Assembly (NCBI GenBank): GCA_034521815.1
Contig: JAXHLW010000013.1
Location: 768,001 to 832,000 of the forward strand
DNA length: 64,000 nucleotides
Reading direction: 5' to 3'
Origin: Trueperaceae bacterium
Lineage (GTDB): Bacteria; Deinococcota; Deinococci; Deinococcales; Trueperaceae
The translations under genes and the position numbers were made by a program. Below, one piece after another: positions 1 through 9,555 of the stretch. The notes beneath the pieces were generated by a model. The model searched no databases. It worked only from the letters and a program-made list of their open reading frames with translations, and was not told the DNA's origin. Each line of letters starts with the position of its first letter. Positions within the stretch are counted from its first letter, which is position 1.

Positions 1-12
1 CACGACCGTAGC

Positions 13-46
13 ATCGTCGCGCGGCCCTCGAGGGCCCCGCGACGAT
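13..46. terminator. GC-rich stem-loop downstream of htrA (possible terminator)
   Basis: ATCGTCGCG(13-21)/CGCGACGAT(38-46) enclosing GGCCC-TCGA-GGGCC; no clear U tract. Confidence 0.35.
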
Positions 47-83
47 CGATCGTGGTTCTGCGTTCGACGTACCGCTGCGTCGC

Positions 84-1388
84 CTACTCGGTCTCGGCGT
101 CCTCTTCGGGCGCGACCGATTCGGGCACGACCGAGAGCGTCACCTCGACGGTGATCTCCTCGCCGCTGCGAAGAACGGTGAGGGAGACGGTATCTCCGGC
201 GTCCTTGGCGAAGACGACGCGCTGCAGGTCGCGGGCCGACGTCACCGGCTCGCCGTCGATCGCGGTGATCACGTCGTCGGGCACGGGCAGCGTCCGCCCG
301 CCCACGTCGAGCGCCATGCCGCTGGGTCGCAGGCCGGCCTCGTCCGCCGCGCTGCCGGGCGCCACCTCGATCACGGCCACGCCTTCGTCGGGCAGCGACA
401 GCCGGTCCCGCACCTGTCGCGGGTAGGCGGCGACGTCCTGCACCGTGATGCCCAGCCGCGGCCGGGTCTCGACGCTGACGAAGCCGCCCTCGCGGAGCTC
501 GTCCAGCGTCTGCGCCAGGACGGAGCTGGGCACGGCGAAGCCGATCCCCAGCGATCCGCGCTGGCCGGTCGCGCCGACGTTCGGGATGATCGCGGTGTTC
601 ACGCCGATGAGGCGGCCGCCCGAATCGAGCAGCGGGCCACCCGAGTTGCCGGGGTTGATCGCCGCGTCGGTCTGGACCAGCGACACCCCGACCTCGCCGA
701 CGCCTTGCAGGGTCCGGCCGATCGCCGAGACGATGCCGGTGGTGACGGTCGACTCGAACCCGAACGGATTGCCGATGGCGATCGCCTTCTGGCCGACGAG
801 CGGCAGCTCCTCGCCCAGCGGGATGGGGTTCAGTCCGCTGGGAAGCTCGTCCGGGTCCACCAGCTCCAGCAGCGCGAGGTCGTACAGCGCGTTCGCGCCG
901 ACGACGCGGACGGGGACCGTGGAGCCGTCCTGGAAGCTGACCGTCATGTCGGCCCCGTCCAGCAGCTCGGTCGAGCTCTCCTGAAGCGCTCGTTCCACGA
1001 CGTGGTAGTTCGTGACGATTCTGCCGTCGGCATCGACCACGAACCCGCTGCCCGAGCCGCGTTGCGGCGCCTGGCGCTGCTCGAACTGCGGCAGGAACTG
1101 GCGGAACATCGGCGGGATCTGGTCCTCGGGGATGCCTTCGAGCGGATTCGTCATCCGCCCCTCGACCGTGACGTTGACCGCGACGACGGCGGAGCCGTAG
1201 CGCTCGACGATCTCGACGGTGTTGCGCTCGTCCTCCAGCAGCGGCCCGTCGGCGACGGGATCGCTGGCGTTCTGGGCGTCGGCGCTCGCGAACGGCGTCA
1301 GCTGCCACGCGGCCAGCAGCGACGCTGCGGCCAGCAGCGAGGCGAGAATGATTCGGATGCGGGGCGTTCGGGTCATCGTTCGGGACAT
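84..1388 (-). CDS. htrA: HtrA/DegP-family serine protease (signal peptide, trypsin domain, PDZ)
   Basis: GSGSGF, TNYHVV, DLALL, QTDAAINPGNSGGPL motifs; C-terminal PDZ; GAGGAGG SD upstream. Confidence 0.93.
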   Translation of the reverse strand: MSRTMTRTPRIRIILASLLAAASLLAAWQLTPFASADAQNASDPVADGPLLEDERNTVEIVERYGSAVVAVNVTVEGRMTNPLEGIPEDQIPPMFRQFLPQFEQRQAPQRGSGSGFVVDADGRIVTNYHVVERALQESSTELLDGADMTVSFQDGSTVPVRVVGANALYDLALLELVDPDELPSGLNPIPLGEELPLVGQKAIAIGNPFGFESTVTTGIVSAIGRTLQGVGEVGVSLVQTDAAINPGNSGGPLLDSGGRLIGVNTAIIPNVGATGQRGSLGIGFAVPSSVLAQTLDELREGGFVSVETRPRLGITVQDVAAYPRQVRDRLSLPDEGVAVIEVAPGSAADEAGLRPSGMALDVGGRTLPVPDDVITAIDGEPVTSARDLQRVVFAKDAGDTVSLTVLRSGEEITVEVTLSVVPESVAPEEDAETE

Positions 1389-1512
1389 GGGTCGTCCTCC
1401 TCGTCGAAACGGCGCTCGATCGGGAGCACCTCGTGGGTTTACGTACCCAAAGGATAGACGCTGCGTCTGAGAGTCACGTTGTAGGGAGATGAACGGGTCG
1501 TGATAGCGCGGC

Positions 1513-2469
1513 TCAGGCCTTGTCGTCCGCGGCCGTCCCGGTGCCGGTCTCCGTCGCAGCCGCCTCGCCGGGCGAGCGGCCGACCGGCTCGCTGCTCGAC
1601 GCGCGCTCGATCGCCACGACGACGCCGATCGCGATCGCCACCAGCGCAGCCGCCACCGCCGCCTCCCACGCCCCGGGCGGAAGCTCGGCGACGCTCCGTG
1701 CCCCCTCCAGCCGTTGCCACGGCCACACCTTGCGAAGGGAGCCGGCCAGGAACCCGGCCAGAACCCCGAGCACCGACGCCGGCCAGCGAGCCAGCATGGT
1801 CGCCAGCAGGCGCGAGAACCCCAACAGCCCGATCACCATGCCGAGCCCCAGCGGAACGAGCACCGAGGTGTCGAAGCCCGACACGGCGGCGAGCACCTCC
1901 TCGTACTTGCCGAGAAGCACGAGGATGAACGCGCCCGACACGCCCGGCAGCAACAGAGCGCTGACGGCCAACGTCCCGGAGAGGACCAGCATCGCGGGCG
2001 TGTCGGGCGTGGCGGCCGGCACCAAGCCGACCAGGACGAACGCGAACACGGCGCCGACCACGGCGAACACCGTCGCGACACGGCGCCGTGAGCGAATCCG
2101 GCGCACGACGACCCCGACCGAGGCGGCGATCAGGCCGAAGAACACGGCGTAGACCGAGACCGGGTACGCCTGGAGCAGGCCGTGGAGCACGCGGGGGAGA
2201 GCCACGATCGCCACGGCGATGCCCGTGGCCAGGGCCGCAAGGAATCCACCGTCGACGCTCCGCCACGCCTCGCCCAGGCGGCCAGCGAGCAGAGCCCGCC
2301 AGGTGGGGCCCGCCGTGATCGCACCCAGCGCGGCGATCAGCCGCCGGTAGATGCCGAGCACCAACGCCATCGTCCCGCCCGAGACGCCCGGAACGAGGTC
2401 CGCAGCGCCCATGGCGATCCCCCGTAGCGCGATGGCCCATGGACGGTGACGACGATCCGGCTCCAGCAC
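1513..2469 (-). CDS. DUF368 membrane protein (undecaprenyl-phosphate translocase family)
   Basis: GxAMGAADLVPGVSGGT and LPGVSG repeats, WPW motif, multiple TM segments; start moved to GTG 2469, 7 nt after a TAGCGT -10 box. Confidence 0.88.
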   Translation of the reverse strand: MLEPDRRHRPWAIALRGIAMGAADLVPGVSGGTMALVLGIYRRLIAALGAITAGPTWRALLAGRLGEAWRSVDGGFLAALATGIAVAIVALPRVLHGLLQAYPVSVYAVFFGLIAASVGVVVRRIRSRRRVATVFAVVGAVFAFVLVGLVPAATPDTPAMLVLSGTLAVSALLLPGVSGAFILVLLGKYEEVLAAVSGFDTSVLVPLGLGMVIGLLGFSRLLATMLARWPASVLGVLAGFLAGSLRKVWPWQRLEGARSVAELPPGAWEAAVAAALVAIAIGVVVAIERASSSEPVGRSPGEAAATETGTGTAADDKA

Positions 2470-2568
2470 GGCCCGAACGCTAGCACGCAGGAACGCTGCG
2501 CAGGCGTGACCCGACACGTGCGACGACGACGCGACGTGGCCGGGTGCGGTACGCTCGGACCTGCCGAT

Positions 2569-2871
2569 ATGGACGACGACCGCAGCCACGACCCGACCGA
2601 CGATTCGCGCACCGACCCCCAGGGCACGCTCGACGACGTGCCCGAGGCAGGGGTCGACCCGGCGCTGTTGGACAGCCTGGCGGGCCAGCTGGTGTGGCGC
2701 ATCGGTCGTGCGGCCGAGGACGCGCCGGTCACGGTGCGCGTCGGGCTCGCCAGCGCCGCGTCGGCCTTCGCCGAGCTCCCGCGCCTGAGGAACGCCACCG
2801 ACGCGGAGCTTCGCGACGCGATCGACGCGGGCGAGGTCCGTGTCGAGTGGGTCGGGACGAAGGGGCGTTGA
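2569..2871 (+). CDS. DUF3248-like protein (Deinococcus-Thermus)
   Basis: LVWRIG..VRVGLASA...F..LPRL..EWV pattern; ATG at 2569. Confidence 0.75.
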   Translation: MDDDRSHDPTDDSRTDPQGTLDDVPEAGVDPALLDSLAGQLVWRIGRAAEDAPVTVRVGLASAASAFAELPRLRNATDAELRDAIDAGEVRVEWVGTKGR

Positions 2872-3377
2872 CGGTGCGCCTGGTCCGTCATGTGGAGTTC
2901 GACGTGTTCTCGACCCTGAGTCGTGCGAGCGCCGTCTCGTTCGTTCGCGACGTGCGCAGGAGCCTGTCCCACGCGGAGTTCCTGGAGCGGCTCGAGAGCG
3001 ACGCCGATGGCATCGTCACGGCGCAGCTTCCGGTGAACGCCGCGCTGTTCGGGCAGCAGAAGCTCCGCTTCCGGAGTCGGCTCGTACCGACCCCGACCGG
3101 CGGGATGCTCGAAGGCCTGGAGCTCGACGACGTGCCCGGCTGGGCGCGCGTGTCCGGCCAGGCGGTCGTCGCTGCCGAGCCGGGCGGAAGCCGCCTACAC
3201 TACCGCTTCGAGATCGAGATCCACCTCGCGCTGCCCGAAGCCGAGCGCTGGGGCGGCCGAGCGCTCGTGAAGATGATCGAGGTGACGGCGGACCAGGTGC
3301 TTCGGCGCGTCGGCGAGCGGTTTCCCGACGCGGTCGAATCGGCCGCCCGGGCGTACGAAGCGACCGTCGCCGTCTGA
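2868..3377 (+). CDS. DUF3809-like protein (SRPBCC/START-like fold)
   Basis: TTG start overlaps the upstream stop (TTGA); LFG..FRSRL and LPEAERWGGRAL motifs. Confidence 0.65.
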   Translation: MTVRLVRHVEFDVFSTLSRASAVSFVRDVRRSLSHAEFLERLESDADGIVTAQLPVNAALFGQQKLRFRSRLVPTPTGGMLEGLELDDVPGWARVSGQAVVAAEPGGSRLHYRFEIEIHLALPEAERWGGRALVKMIEVTADQVLRRVGERFPDAVESAARAYEATVAV

Positions 3378-3406
3378 GTCGCGTACGTCCGAGCCTCGCA
3401 CGCACG

Positions 3407-4762
3407 TCACTTTCCGACGCAGAAGTTCGCGAACACGTGCTCCAGCGTGGCCTCGGCGATGTCGCCCCGGCCGGTCAGCGACGCCAGCGTGTCCAGCGCG
3501 TCCACCAGGTCCAGCGCCATCAGGTCGTCGGGCGCATCGACCGCTCGCGCCAGCGCCGCCTCGGTGCGGGCCAACGCGTCGGCGTGGCGCTCGTGCGTGA
3601 TCCACAGCTCGCTGCCTGCGGCGTCGCCCAGCAGCCGTTCCGAGATCGCGTCGCGGAGCTTCGCCAGCCCATCGCCGCGCGTGGCGCTGACGGCGATCTG
3701 GGTCGGCGCCCCCGCTCCGGCGTCGCCCTCGCTCCACGCGGCGGGAAGGTCGGCCTTGCTGGCGACGATCAACGTCCTCTGGGCCGCGAGCCGCTCGATC
3801 AGATCGAGATCCGAGCGCTCCAGCGGTACCGAGCGATCCAGCAGGCACAGCACCAGATCGGCCTGATCGGCAAGCTCCAGCGCCCGCTGCACCCCCGACG
3901 CCTCGACGGCGTCCTCGGTCGCGCGCACCCCAGCGGTGTCCACCGCCGTCAGCGGAACCCCTCCGAGCTCCAACGGCGCCTCGAGGTAGTCGCGCGTGGT
4001 GCCCGGCACGTCGGACACGATCGAGCGCTCGTACCCCAGCAGCGCGTTCAGCAGGCTGGACTTGCCGGCGTTGGGCCGGCCCACGATCGCGAGCCTGGCG
4101 CCACGCTGCACCAGCGAGCCGGCGTCGGCGGTGGCCAGCAGCTCGGCGATCCGTCGCCGCACCGCCGTCAGGGCGGGTCGCACGTCACGTAGCTCGACGC
4201 CCTCTTCGGGGTAGTCCAGAACCGCCGTCAGATCGCCGTACGCCTGCGTCAGATCGTCCTGCAGGCGATCGAGCTCGCTGGAGAGCCGGTGGGTGAGTCC
4301 GTGCGCGGCGCTCCGTCGCGCACGCTCGCTGCGAGCCTGCACGATGCCGAGCACGCTCTCGGCCTGGACCAGGTCCATCTTCCCGGCCAGGTACGCCCGC
4401 AAGGTGAACTCGCCGGGACCCGCCGCGCGCGCGCCGTGCGCCAGGCACGCCGCCAGCACGCGACGAAGCACGGCCGGTCCGCCGTGCGTCTGGATCTCGA
4501 CGGCGTCCTGCCCGGTGTAGCTGCGTGGTGCCCGGAACACCAGCAGGAGTCCTTCGTCGACGACGCCGCCTCCGTCCTCGACCCGCCCGACGACCACCTG
4601 GTGGCTGGGCCGCCGCGAGGGAGAGGGCCCTCCCAGCGGGCGGAAGACCGCGTCGGCGACCTGCAGGGCGTCGGGTCCGGCGACGCGAACGACGCCGATC
4701 GCGCCCTCGCCGGGCGCGGTGGCGATCGCGGCGATGGTGTCTCCAGGCGGGGGGAGCGGCAC
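3407..4762 (-). CDS. mnmE: tRNA modification GTPase MnmE
   Basis: DTIAAIAT, SYTGQD, GRPNAGKSS, PGTTRD, DTAG, terminal FCVGK. Confidence 0.97.
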   Translation of the reverse strand: MPLPPPGDTIAAIATAPGEGAIGVVRVAGPDALQVADAVFRPLGGPSPSRRPSHQVVVGRVEDGGGVVDEGLLLVFRAPRSYTGQDAVEIQTHGGPAVLRRVLAACLAHGARAAGPGEFTLRAYLAGKMDLVQAESVLGIVQARSERARRSAAHGLTHRLSSELDRLQDDLTQAYGDLTAVLDYPEEGVELRDVRPALTAVRRRIAELLATADAGSLVQRGARLAIVGRPNAGKSSLLNALLGYERSIVSDVPGTTRDYLEAPLELGGVPLTAVDTAGVRATEDAVEASGVQRALELADQADLVLCLLDRSVPLERSDLDLIERLAAQRTLIVASKADLPAAWSEGDAGAGAPTQIAVSATRGDGLAKLRDAISERLLGDAAGSELWITHERHADALARTEAALARAVDAPDDLMALDLVDALDTLASLTGRGDIAEATLEHVFANFCVGK

Positions 4763-4763
4763 C

Positions 4764-6056
4764 TCAGGCGGCCGCCTCCACGAACGACTCGGCGGCGGCC
4801 TCGACGATGCGCTCGACCTGGGCCTCGCTCAGGGCGTAGGACAGGAACGCCGACTCGAACGCGCTGGGCGGCCAGTACACGCCGCGCTGGAGCATGCCGT
4901 GGAACCAGCGGCCGAAGGTGCGAGCGTCGGTCGTGCCCGCCGTGACGTCGTCGCGCACGGGAACGTCGGTGAAGAACGGGGTGAGCATCGATCCGACCCG
5001 GTTGACGATCAGGGGGACGCCGGCAGCGTGCGCGCCCGCCTCCAGACCGGCCTGGAGCTGCGCGCCTCTCGCTTCGAGCGTGGCGTACAGGTCGGGGAGC
5101 GCGTCCATCGCCCGGAACGTGGCCTGTCCGGCCGCCATCGCGAGCGGGTTTCCCGACAGGGTCCCCGCCTGGTACACGCGGCCGACCGGCGAGACGTGGT
5201 CCATGATCTCGGCCGGGCCGCCGTAGGCGCCGACCGGCAGGCCGCCGCCGATGATCTTGCCCCAGCACACCAGGTCGGGCTCGAGCTCCAGCAGCTCCGT
5301 CGCGCCGCCGCGCGCCAGGCGGAAGCCGGTCATCACCTCGTCGGCGATGAGCAGAGCGCCGTGCTCGCGTGTCAGCTCGCGCAAGGCGTCCAGGAACGCC
5401 GGCTCCGGCTCGACGACGCCCATGTTGCCGACGACAGGCTCGAAGATCACGGCGGCGATCTCGTCGCCCTCCTTCTCGAACAGCGCGCGCAGACCGTCCG
5501 GGTCGTTGTAGCGAGCGACCGAGGTGAGCCCGGCGATCGCGTCCGGCACGCCGGCGCTGGAGGGGATCCCCGTCGTCAGCGCGCCCGATCCGGCCGCGAC
5601 GAGCAGCCCGTCGGCGTGCCCGTGGTAGTTCCCCGCGAACTTCACGATCCGGTCGCGGCCGGTCGCGCCGCGGGCCACGCGCAGCGCGCTCATCGTGGCC
5701 TCGGTGCCGCTGTTCACGAAGCGGATCCGGTCGAGGGCGGGGTAGCGACCCAGAACGGTCTCGGCGAGGTCCACCTCGCGCCGCGTCGGCGCACCGAAGC
5801 TGGTGCCGTCGCGAGCCGCGTCGGTCACCGCCTCGACGACCTCTGGATGCGCGTGCCCCAGGATCATCGGCCCCCACGAGCCGACCGCGTCCAGGTAGGC
5901 GTTTCCGTCCTCGTCCCAGACGGTCGCCCCCTCGCCGCGGACCAGGAACGGGGGCGTGCCGCCGACGCTCCCGAAGGCGCGGGCGGGCGAGTTGACGCCC
6001 CCGGGGATGAGGCGCTGCGCACGGGCGAACAGGTCCTTCGATCGGCTCGTATCCAT
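4764..6056 (-). CDS. hemL: glutamate-1-semialdehyde 2,1-aminomutase
   Basis: IPGGVNSP, FVNSGTEA, DEVMTGFR, GKIIGGG, YQAGTLSGNP; start at 6056 or 6065. Confidence 0.97.
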   Translation of the reverse strand: MDTSRSKDLFARAQRLIPGGVNSPARAFGSVGGTPPFLVRGEGATVWDEDGNAYLDAVGSWGPMILGHAHPEVVEAVTDAARDGTSFGAPTRREVDLAETVLGRYPALDRIRFVNSGTEATMSALRVARGATGRDRIVKFAGNYHGHADGLLVAAGSGALTTGIPSSAGVPDAIAGLTSVARYNDPDGLRALFEKEGDEIAAVIFEPVVGNMGVVEPEPAFLDALRELTREHGALLIADEVMTGFRLARGGATELLELEPDLVCWGKIIGGGLPVGAYGGPAEIMDHVSPVGRVYQAGTLSGNPLAMAAGQATFRAMDALPDLYATLEARGAQLQAGLEAGAHAAGVPLIVNRVGSMLTPFFTDVPVRDDVTAGTTDARTFGRWFHGMLQRGVYWPPSAFESAFLSYALSEAQVERIVEAAAESFVEAAA

Positions 6057-6119
6057 GGGCCGCATGTTCGCACGCGTGCGCGCCCTGGCCCGTGTCCGCG
6101 CCTGCCCGTCCGCATGCTC

Positions 6120-6155
6120 GCGTGTCCTGCCTGCGTGTCCTGCCTGCGTGTCCTG
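6120..6155. repeat. tandem 13-mer GCGTGTCCTGCCT x2.8 in the hemL/PAP2 divergent spacer
   Basis: units at 6120, 6133, 6146. Confidence 0.8.
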
Positions 6156-6238
6156 TCCGGGCGGCTCGGGCCGGGCAGGCGCACGGCGAGTTGGTATCGT
6201 CCGCCGTGGCCCGCGCTGCGCGGCCCCCGGAGGTGCGC

Positions 6239-7100
6239 GTGGACATCATCGTCGCTCTGCAGGCCGTCGCGAACCCGACCTTCGACGCCTTCGCGTTGGC
6301 CTTGACCAACATCGGCTCGGAAGAGGCGTACGTCGCGCTGCTCGTGGTCGGCTACCTGGCGATCGATGCCCGCGCGACCCGGACCGTCGGACTGGGGCTC
6401 CTTGCCGGCTACTACCTCAACCAGCTGCTCAAGGAGGCGTTCGACACCGTCCGCCCGTACGTCGAGCATCCCGAGCTGCTGAGAGGCGAAGCGGCGCGCC
6501 GGACCGGGCCCGGTCCGGCCTTCCCCAGTGGACACGCGCAGAGCGCCGCGACGTTCTGGGGGCTGATCGCCGCCGTGGCGCGCCGCGCCTGGGTGACGTG
6601 GACGGCCGTCGCGCTGATCGTCGTGATCGGCGCGACCCGCGTGTACCTGGGGGTCCACTGGCCGATCGACGTGGCGGGCGGCTGGGTGGTGGGGGCGGCG
6701 ACGGTGGCGGCCGTCGTCCTGATCGCCGGCCGGCGACCCCGCCTGGGCACCGTCGCGACGGTGGCGGCGTTCGTGGTCGTGCCTGTCGCCGTGCACCTGT
6801 GGCTGACCACCCCCGAGAGCGGCCGGCTCGCGGGCGCGTTCGCGGGCTTCGGCACTGCGCCGCGGCTGTATCGCCATCAGGTCCGCGGCGGACCCGCCCA
6901 GCCGCACGGCCCTCGCCCTGCTCGGCTTGGCGCTGGTCTTCGCGTGGCTTCTCGGCACCAGCGTGCTGCTTTCCGACGCGGTGAAGGGGCACGCTTTGGT
7001 CGCGCCCGTGCGCTACCTGCTGCTGGCCTGGGCAGGCCTCGTGGTCGCCCCCTGGCTCGGAGCGCGGCTGGGCCTGGTTCCGCGCCCGGAGCGTGCGTGA
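6239..7100 (+). CDS. PAP2-family membrane phosphatase, interrupted by one extra base near 6893-6899
   Basis: K..F..RP, FPSGHA, RVYLGVHW motifs; after removing one C the frame continues as hydrophobic RTALALLGLALVFAW... to TGA 7100; GGAGG SD before GTG 6239. Confidence 0.8.
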
Positions 7101-7912
7101 GCGAAGGGAGCGTCCGACGGGTCGCGCTGACCGTCGAGTTCGACGGCACCGCGTTCAAGGGCTGGCAGTGGCAGCCGACCGGTGAGCGCACCGTCCAGGC
7201 CGCGCTCCAAGACGCGTTCGCGGCGCTTCCGGGACGCCACGGCGCGGTGCACGCGGCCGGCCGCACCGACGCGGGCGTTCACGCGCTGGCGATGGTCGCG
7301 CACTGCGACACCACCAGCCTCATCGCGGACGACAAGCTGCGGCTCGCCCTGAACGCGCACCTGCCGCGCGACGTGGCGGTCTTGGCGGTCGGCACGGTCG
7401 GGCCCGACTTCGAGGCGCAGTTCTCGTGCCGCTACCGGCGCTACCTGTACCGGATGCGGGTCGTTCGCGGCCGCCCCCGCGGGGTGGCGTTGGACCGCGG
7501 GCGCGTGCTGATGATCCACCGCGAGCTGGACGTGGACGCCATGCTCCTGGCCGCTCCACGCTTCGCGGGACGGCGGGACTTCTCCAGCCTCGCGACGCAG
7601 GAGACGCGCAGTCGGGTACGCACCGTGCACCTGTGCGAGCTGCGACCCGAGCTGGGCGAGCTGCGGCTCCACGTGGCGGCCGACGGGTTCCTGCGCGGCA
7701 TGGTCCGCGCCATCGCCGGCACGCTCGTTCGGATCGGCGAGCTCGGCTCGGACCCAGGGCTCGTGGACGAGATTCTGGCGGCCCGGGACCGACGACGAGC
7801 GGGAGCAGCGGCCCCTCCGCACGCGCTGTACTTCGCCGAGGCCGGCTACGAGCCGTGGAGCCTCGCCCGGAGCGACGTTCGGCTGGCCGAGCGGCTGGAC
7901 CTGCCGAGGTAG
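7097..7912 (+). CDS. truA: tRNA pseudouridine(38-40) synthase
   Basis: EFDGTAFKGWQ, AGRTDAGVHA, FLRGMVR; GTG overlaps the PAP2 stop (GTGA). Confidence 0.95.
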   Translation: MSEGSVRRVALTVEFDGTAFKGWQWQPTGERTVQAALQDAFAALPGRHGAVHAAGRTDAGVHALAMVAHCDTTSLIADDKLRLALNAHLPRDVAVLAVGTVGPDFEAQFSCRYRRYLYRMRVVRGRPRGVALDRGRVLMIHRELDVDAMLLAAPRFAGRRDFSSLATQETRSRVRTVHLCELRPELGELRLHVAADGFLRGMVRAIAGTLVRIGELGSDPGLVDEILAARDRRRAGAAAPPHALYFAEAGYEPWSLARSDVRLAERLDLPR

Positions 7913-7921
7913 GCTCGGGCC

Positions 7922-8380
7922 ATGGCGAGCACCCACTTCCGTGAAGGCCGTCCCCTCATGGTCGACGTCGGCGACAAGGCGCCCAGCACGCGCGAAGCGG
8001 TCGCCGAGGCGATCGTCGTCCTGCCGCCCGCCGCCGCTGCGGACCTGGACGGGGACGCGAAGAAGGGCGATCCGTTGCGCGTCGCCGAGCTGGCGGGGAT
8101 CATGGGGTCGAAGAAGACCGCGGAGCTCATTCCGCTCTGCCACCCGCTGGCCCTCGACGCGACCGAGGTCGAGGCGGTGCGCGAAGGCGACAAGGTCCGC
8201 ATCACCGCGCGATGCCGGACGCACGGCCGCACCGGGGTCGAGATGGAGGCCCTCACCGCGGCCAGCGTCGCGGCGCTGACCCTGTACGACATGCTCAAGG
8301 GGCGCAGCAAAGGGATCGTGATCGAGTCGGTTCGCCTACTCTCCAAGGAGGGCGGGGTGAGCGGCTCGTGGTCCGCGTGA
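7922..8380 (+). CDS. moaC: cyclic pyranopterin monophosphate synthase
   Basis: [28 protein letters not shown]. Confidence 0.96.
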   Translation: MASTHFREGRPLMVDVGDKAPSTREAVAEAIVVLPPAAAADLDGDAKKGDPLRVAELAGIMGSKKTAELIPLCHPLALDATEVEAVREGDKVRITARCRTHGRTGVEMEALTAASVAALTLYDMLKGRSKGIVIESVRLLSKEGGVSGSWSA

Positions 8381-8805
8381 GACCGCTGGACTCGACCGAC
8401 CTCGAGAACGTCCAGAGCGTCGACGCCGTGGCGGCCCGGACCGCCCGGCGTCCCCCGGTCGCGACGCGCGGGGCGATCTCGTTCTACGCACGCACCGGGC
8501 ACGCGTTCGTGGCCGAGGACGCCGGCGGCGTCCGTGGCTTCGCGTTGGCGCAGGCCGTCTGGGACGGGACCCGACCGACGGTGAGGCTCGGGACGCTGGC
8601 GGTCGCCCAGAGCTCGGACGCAGAAGCGCGGGCCGCGTTGCTCGAAGCGGTCACCAAGAGCGGCTACGACGCCGCCGTCTACGACCTGACCTGCGAGATC
8701 CCCGACGGCGACGACGACGCTCGCGCCCTGCTCGACGCCGCAGGCTGGACGCCTCAGCCGATCCGCGTGTACGGCCGGACCCTCGGATCGAGAGGTGCCA
8801 CGTGA
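8377..8805 (+). CDS. DUF1999-like GNAT-fold protein
   Basis: [33 protein letters not shown] overlaps the moaC stop. Confidence 0.7.
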   Translation: MRPLDSTDLENVQSVDAVAARTARRPPVATRGAISFYARTGHAFVAEDAGGVRGFALAQAVWDGTRPTVRLGTLAVAQSSDAEARAALLEAVTKSGYDAAVYDLTCEIPDGDDDARALLDAAGWTPQPIRVYGRTLGSRGAT

Positions 8806-9029
8806 CCCGTCCGGCGGGCGGGGTCCGCGTCCTGCTGGGCGTCCGCGGATTGGACGACGACGACGACCGCCGCCGCGTGCACGAAGCCCTCGCGGCCACG
8901 CCCGGGGTCCTCGACGTCGGCGCGGGCGACGCCGGTCAGGTCGAGGTGCGCTACGACGACACCGAGACGACCGTCATGGAGATGATCCGAACGCTTCGCC
9001 GGCTCGGCTACCTCGCCGGCATGGAGTGA
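8802..9029 (+). CDS. HMA/CopZ-fold small protein lacking CxxC
   Basis: V.GL....V..AL...PGV..V...V.YD...I....GY pattern; overlaps both neighbours by GTGA. Confidence 0.7.
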   Translation: MTRPAGGVRVLLGVRGLDDDDDRRRVHEALAATPGVLDVGAGDAGQVEVRYDDTETTVMEMIRTLRRLGYLAGME

Positions 9030-9334
9030 GCGCGTCGTCCAGCGGCGTCTGGGTAGGCGTGCTCACCTTCGTGGTGGCCACCCCGGGCGCACGCTCGTTG
9101 AAGGACAAGCGCGGCATGATCACGCCGATCGTCGAGCGGCTCAGGCAGCGTTTCCCCGTGTCCGTCGCCCGCCTGGCCGACCTGGACCGCTTGGACCGCG
9201 AGCGCCTGGGCGTGGTGATCGTCAGCGCCGATGCCGAGGTGTGCCGGCGCGTGCTCGAGCGAGCGCTCCGCTTCGCGGAGAGTTTCGGCCTGCGCCTCGA
9301 GGCGACGCGAATCGACGTGGACCGCTGGGACTGA
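9026..9334 (+). CDS. DUF503 (YlxP-like) protein
   Basis: SLKDKR..I...LRQRFPVSVA motif. Confidence 0.85.
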   Translation: MSASSSGVWVGVLTFVVATPGARSLKDKRGMITPIVERLRQRFPVSVARLADLDRLDRERLGVVIVSADAEVCRRVLERALRFAESFGLRLEATRIDVDRWD

Positions 9335-9350
9335 GCGCCGTCGCCGGCGC

Positions 9351-9431
9351 GCAGCTCGACACGTGCAGCTCGACACGTGCAGCTCGAGGCGTGCAGCGCG
9401 AGACCCGTGCCGCGCTGCCCGTGCAGCGCGG
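9351..9431. repeat. degenerating tandem 14-mer GCAGCTCGACACGT (about 5-6 units)
   Basis: exact copies at 9351 and 9365, diverged copies at 9379, 9393, 9409, 9423. Confidence 0.75.
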
Positions 9432-9555
9432 TGGGTTGGGCCGCAGGCGCGCCCACGGGTACACTGTCGCCAACGACGCGACGGTGCCGATCGCGCAGGC
9501 GGGATTCGACGCCCTCCTGGTCGCACGCGCAGGGCGCCTCGCCAGGAGGTCCGAG

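Noticed and set aside
6092-7912. Novel PAP2-TruA fusion protein
   Set aside because: It results from a single extra base. The corrected PAP2 frame ends at a stop overlapping the truA start.
9351-9431. CRISPR array from short repeats (also 6120, 27524, 58424)
   Set aside because: Units are 11-18 nt, directly tandem with no unique spacers, and there are no cas genes.
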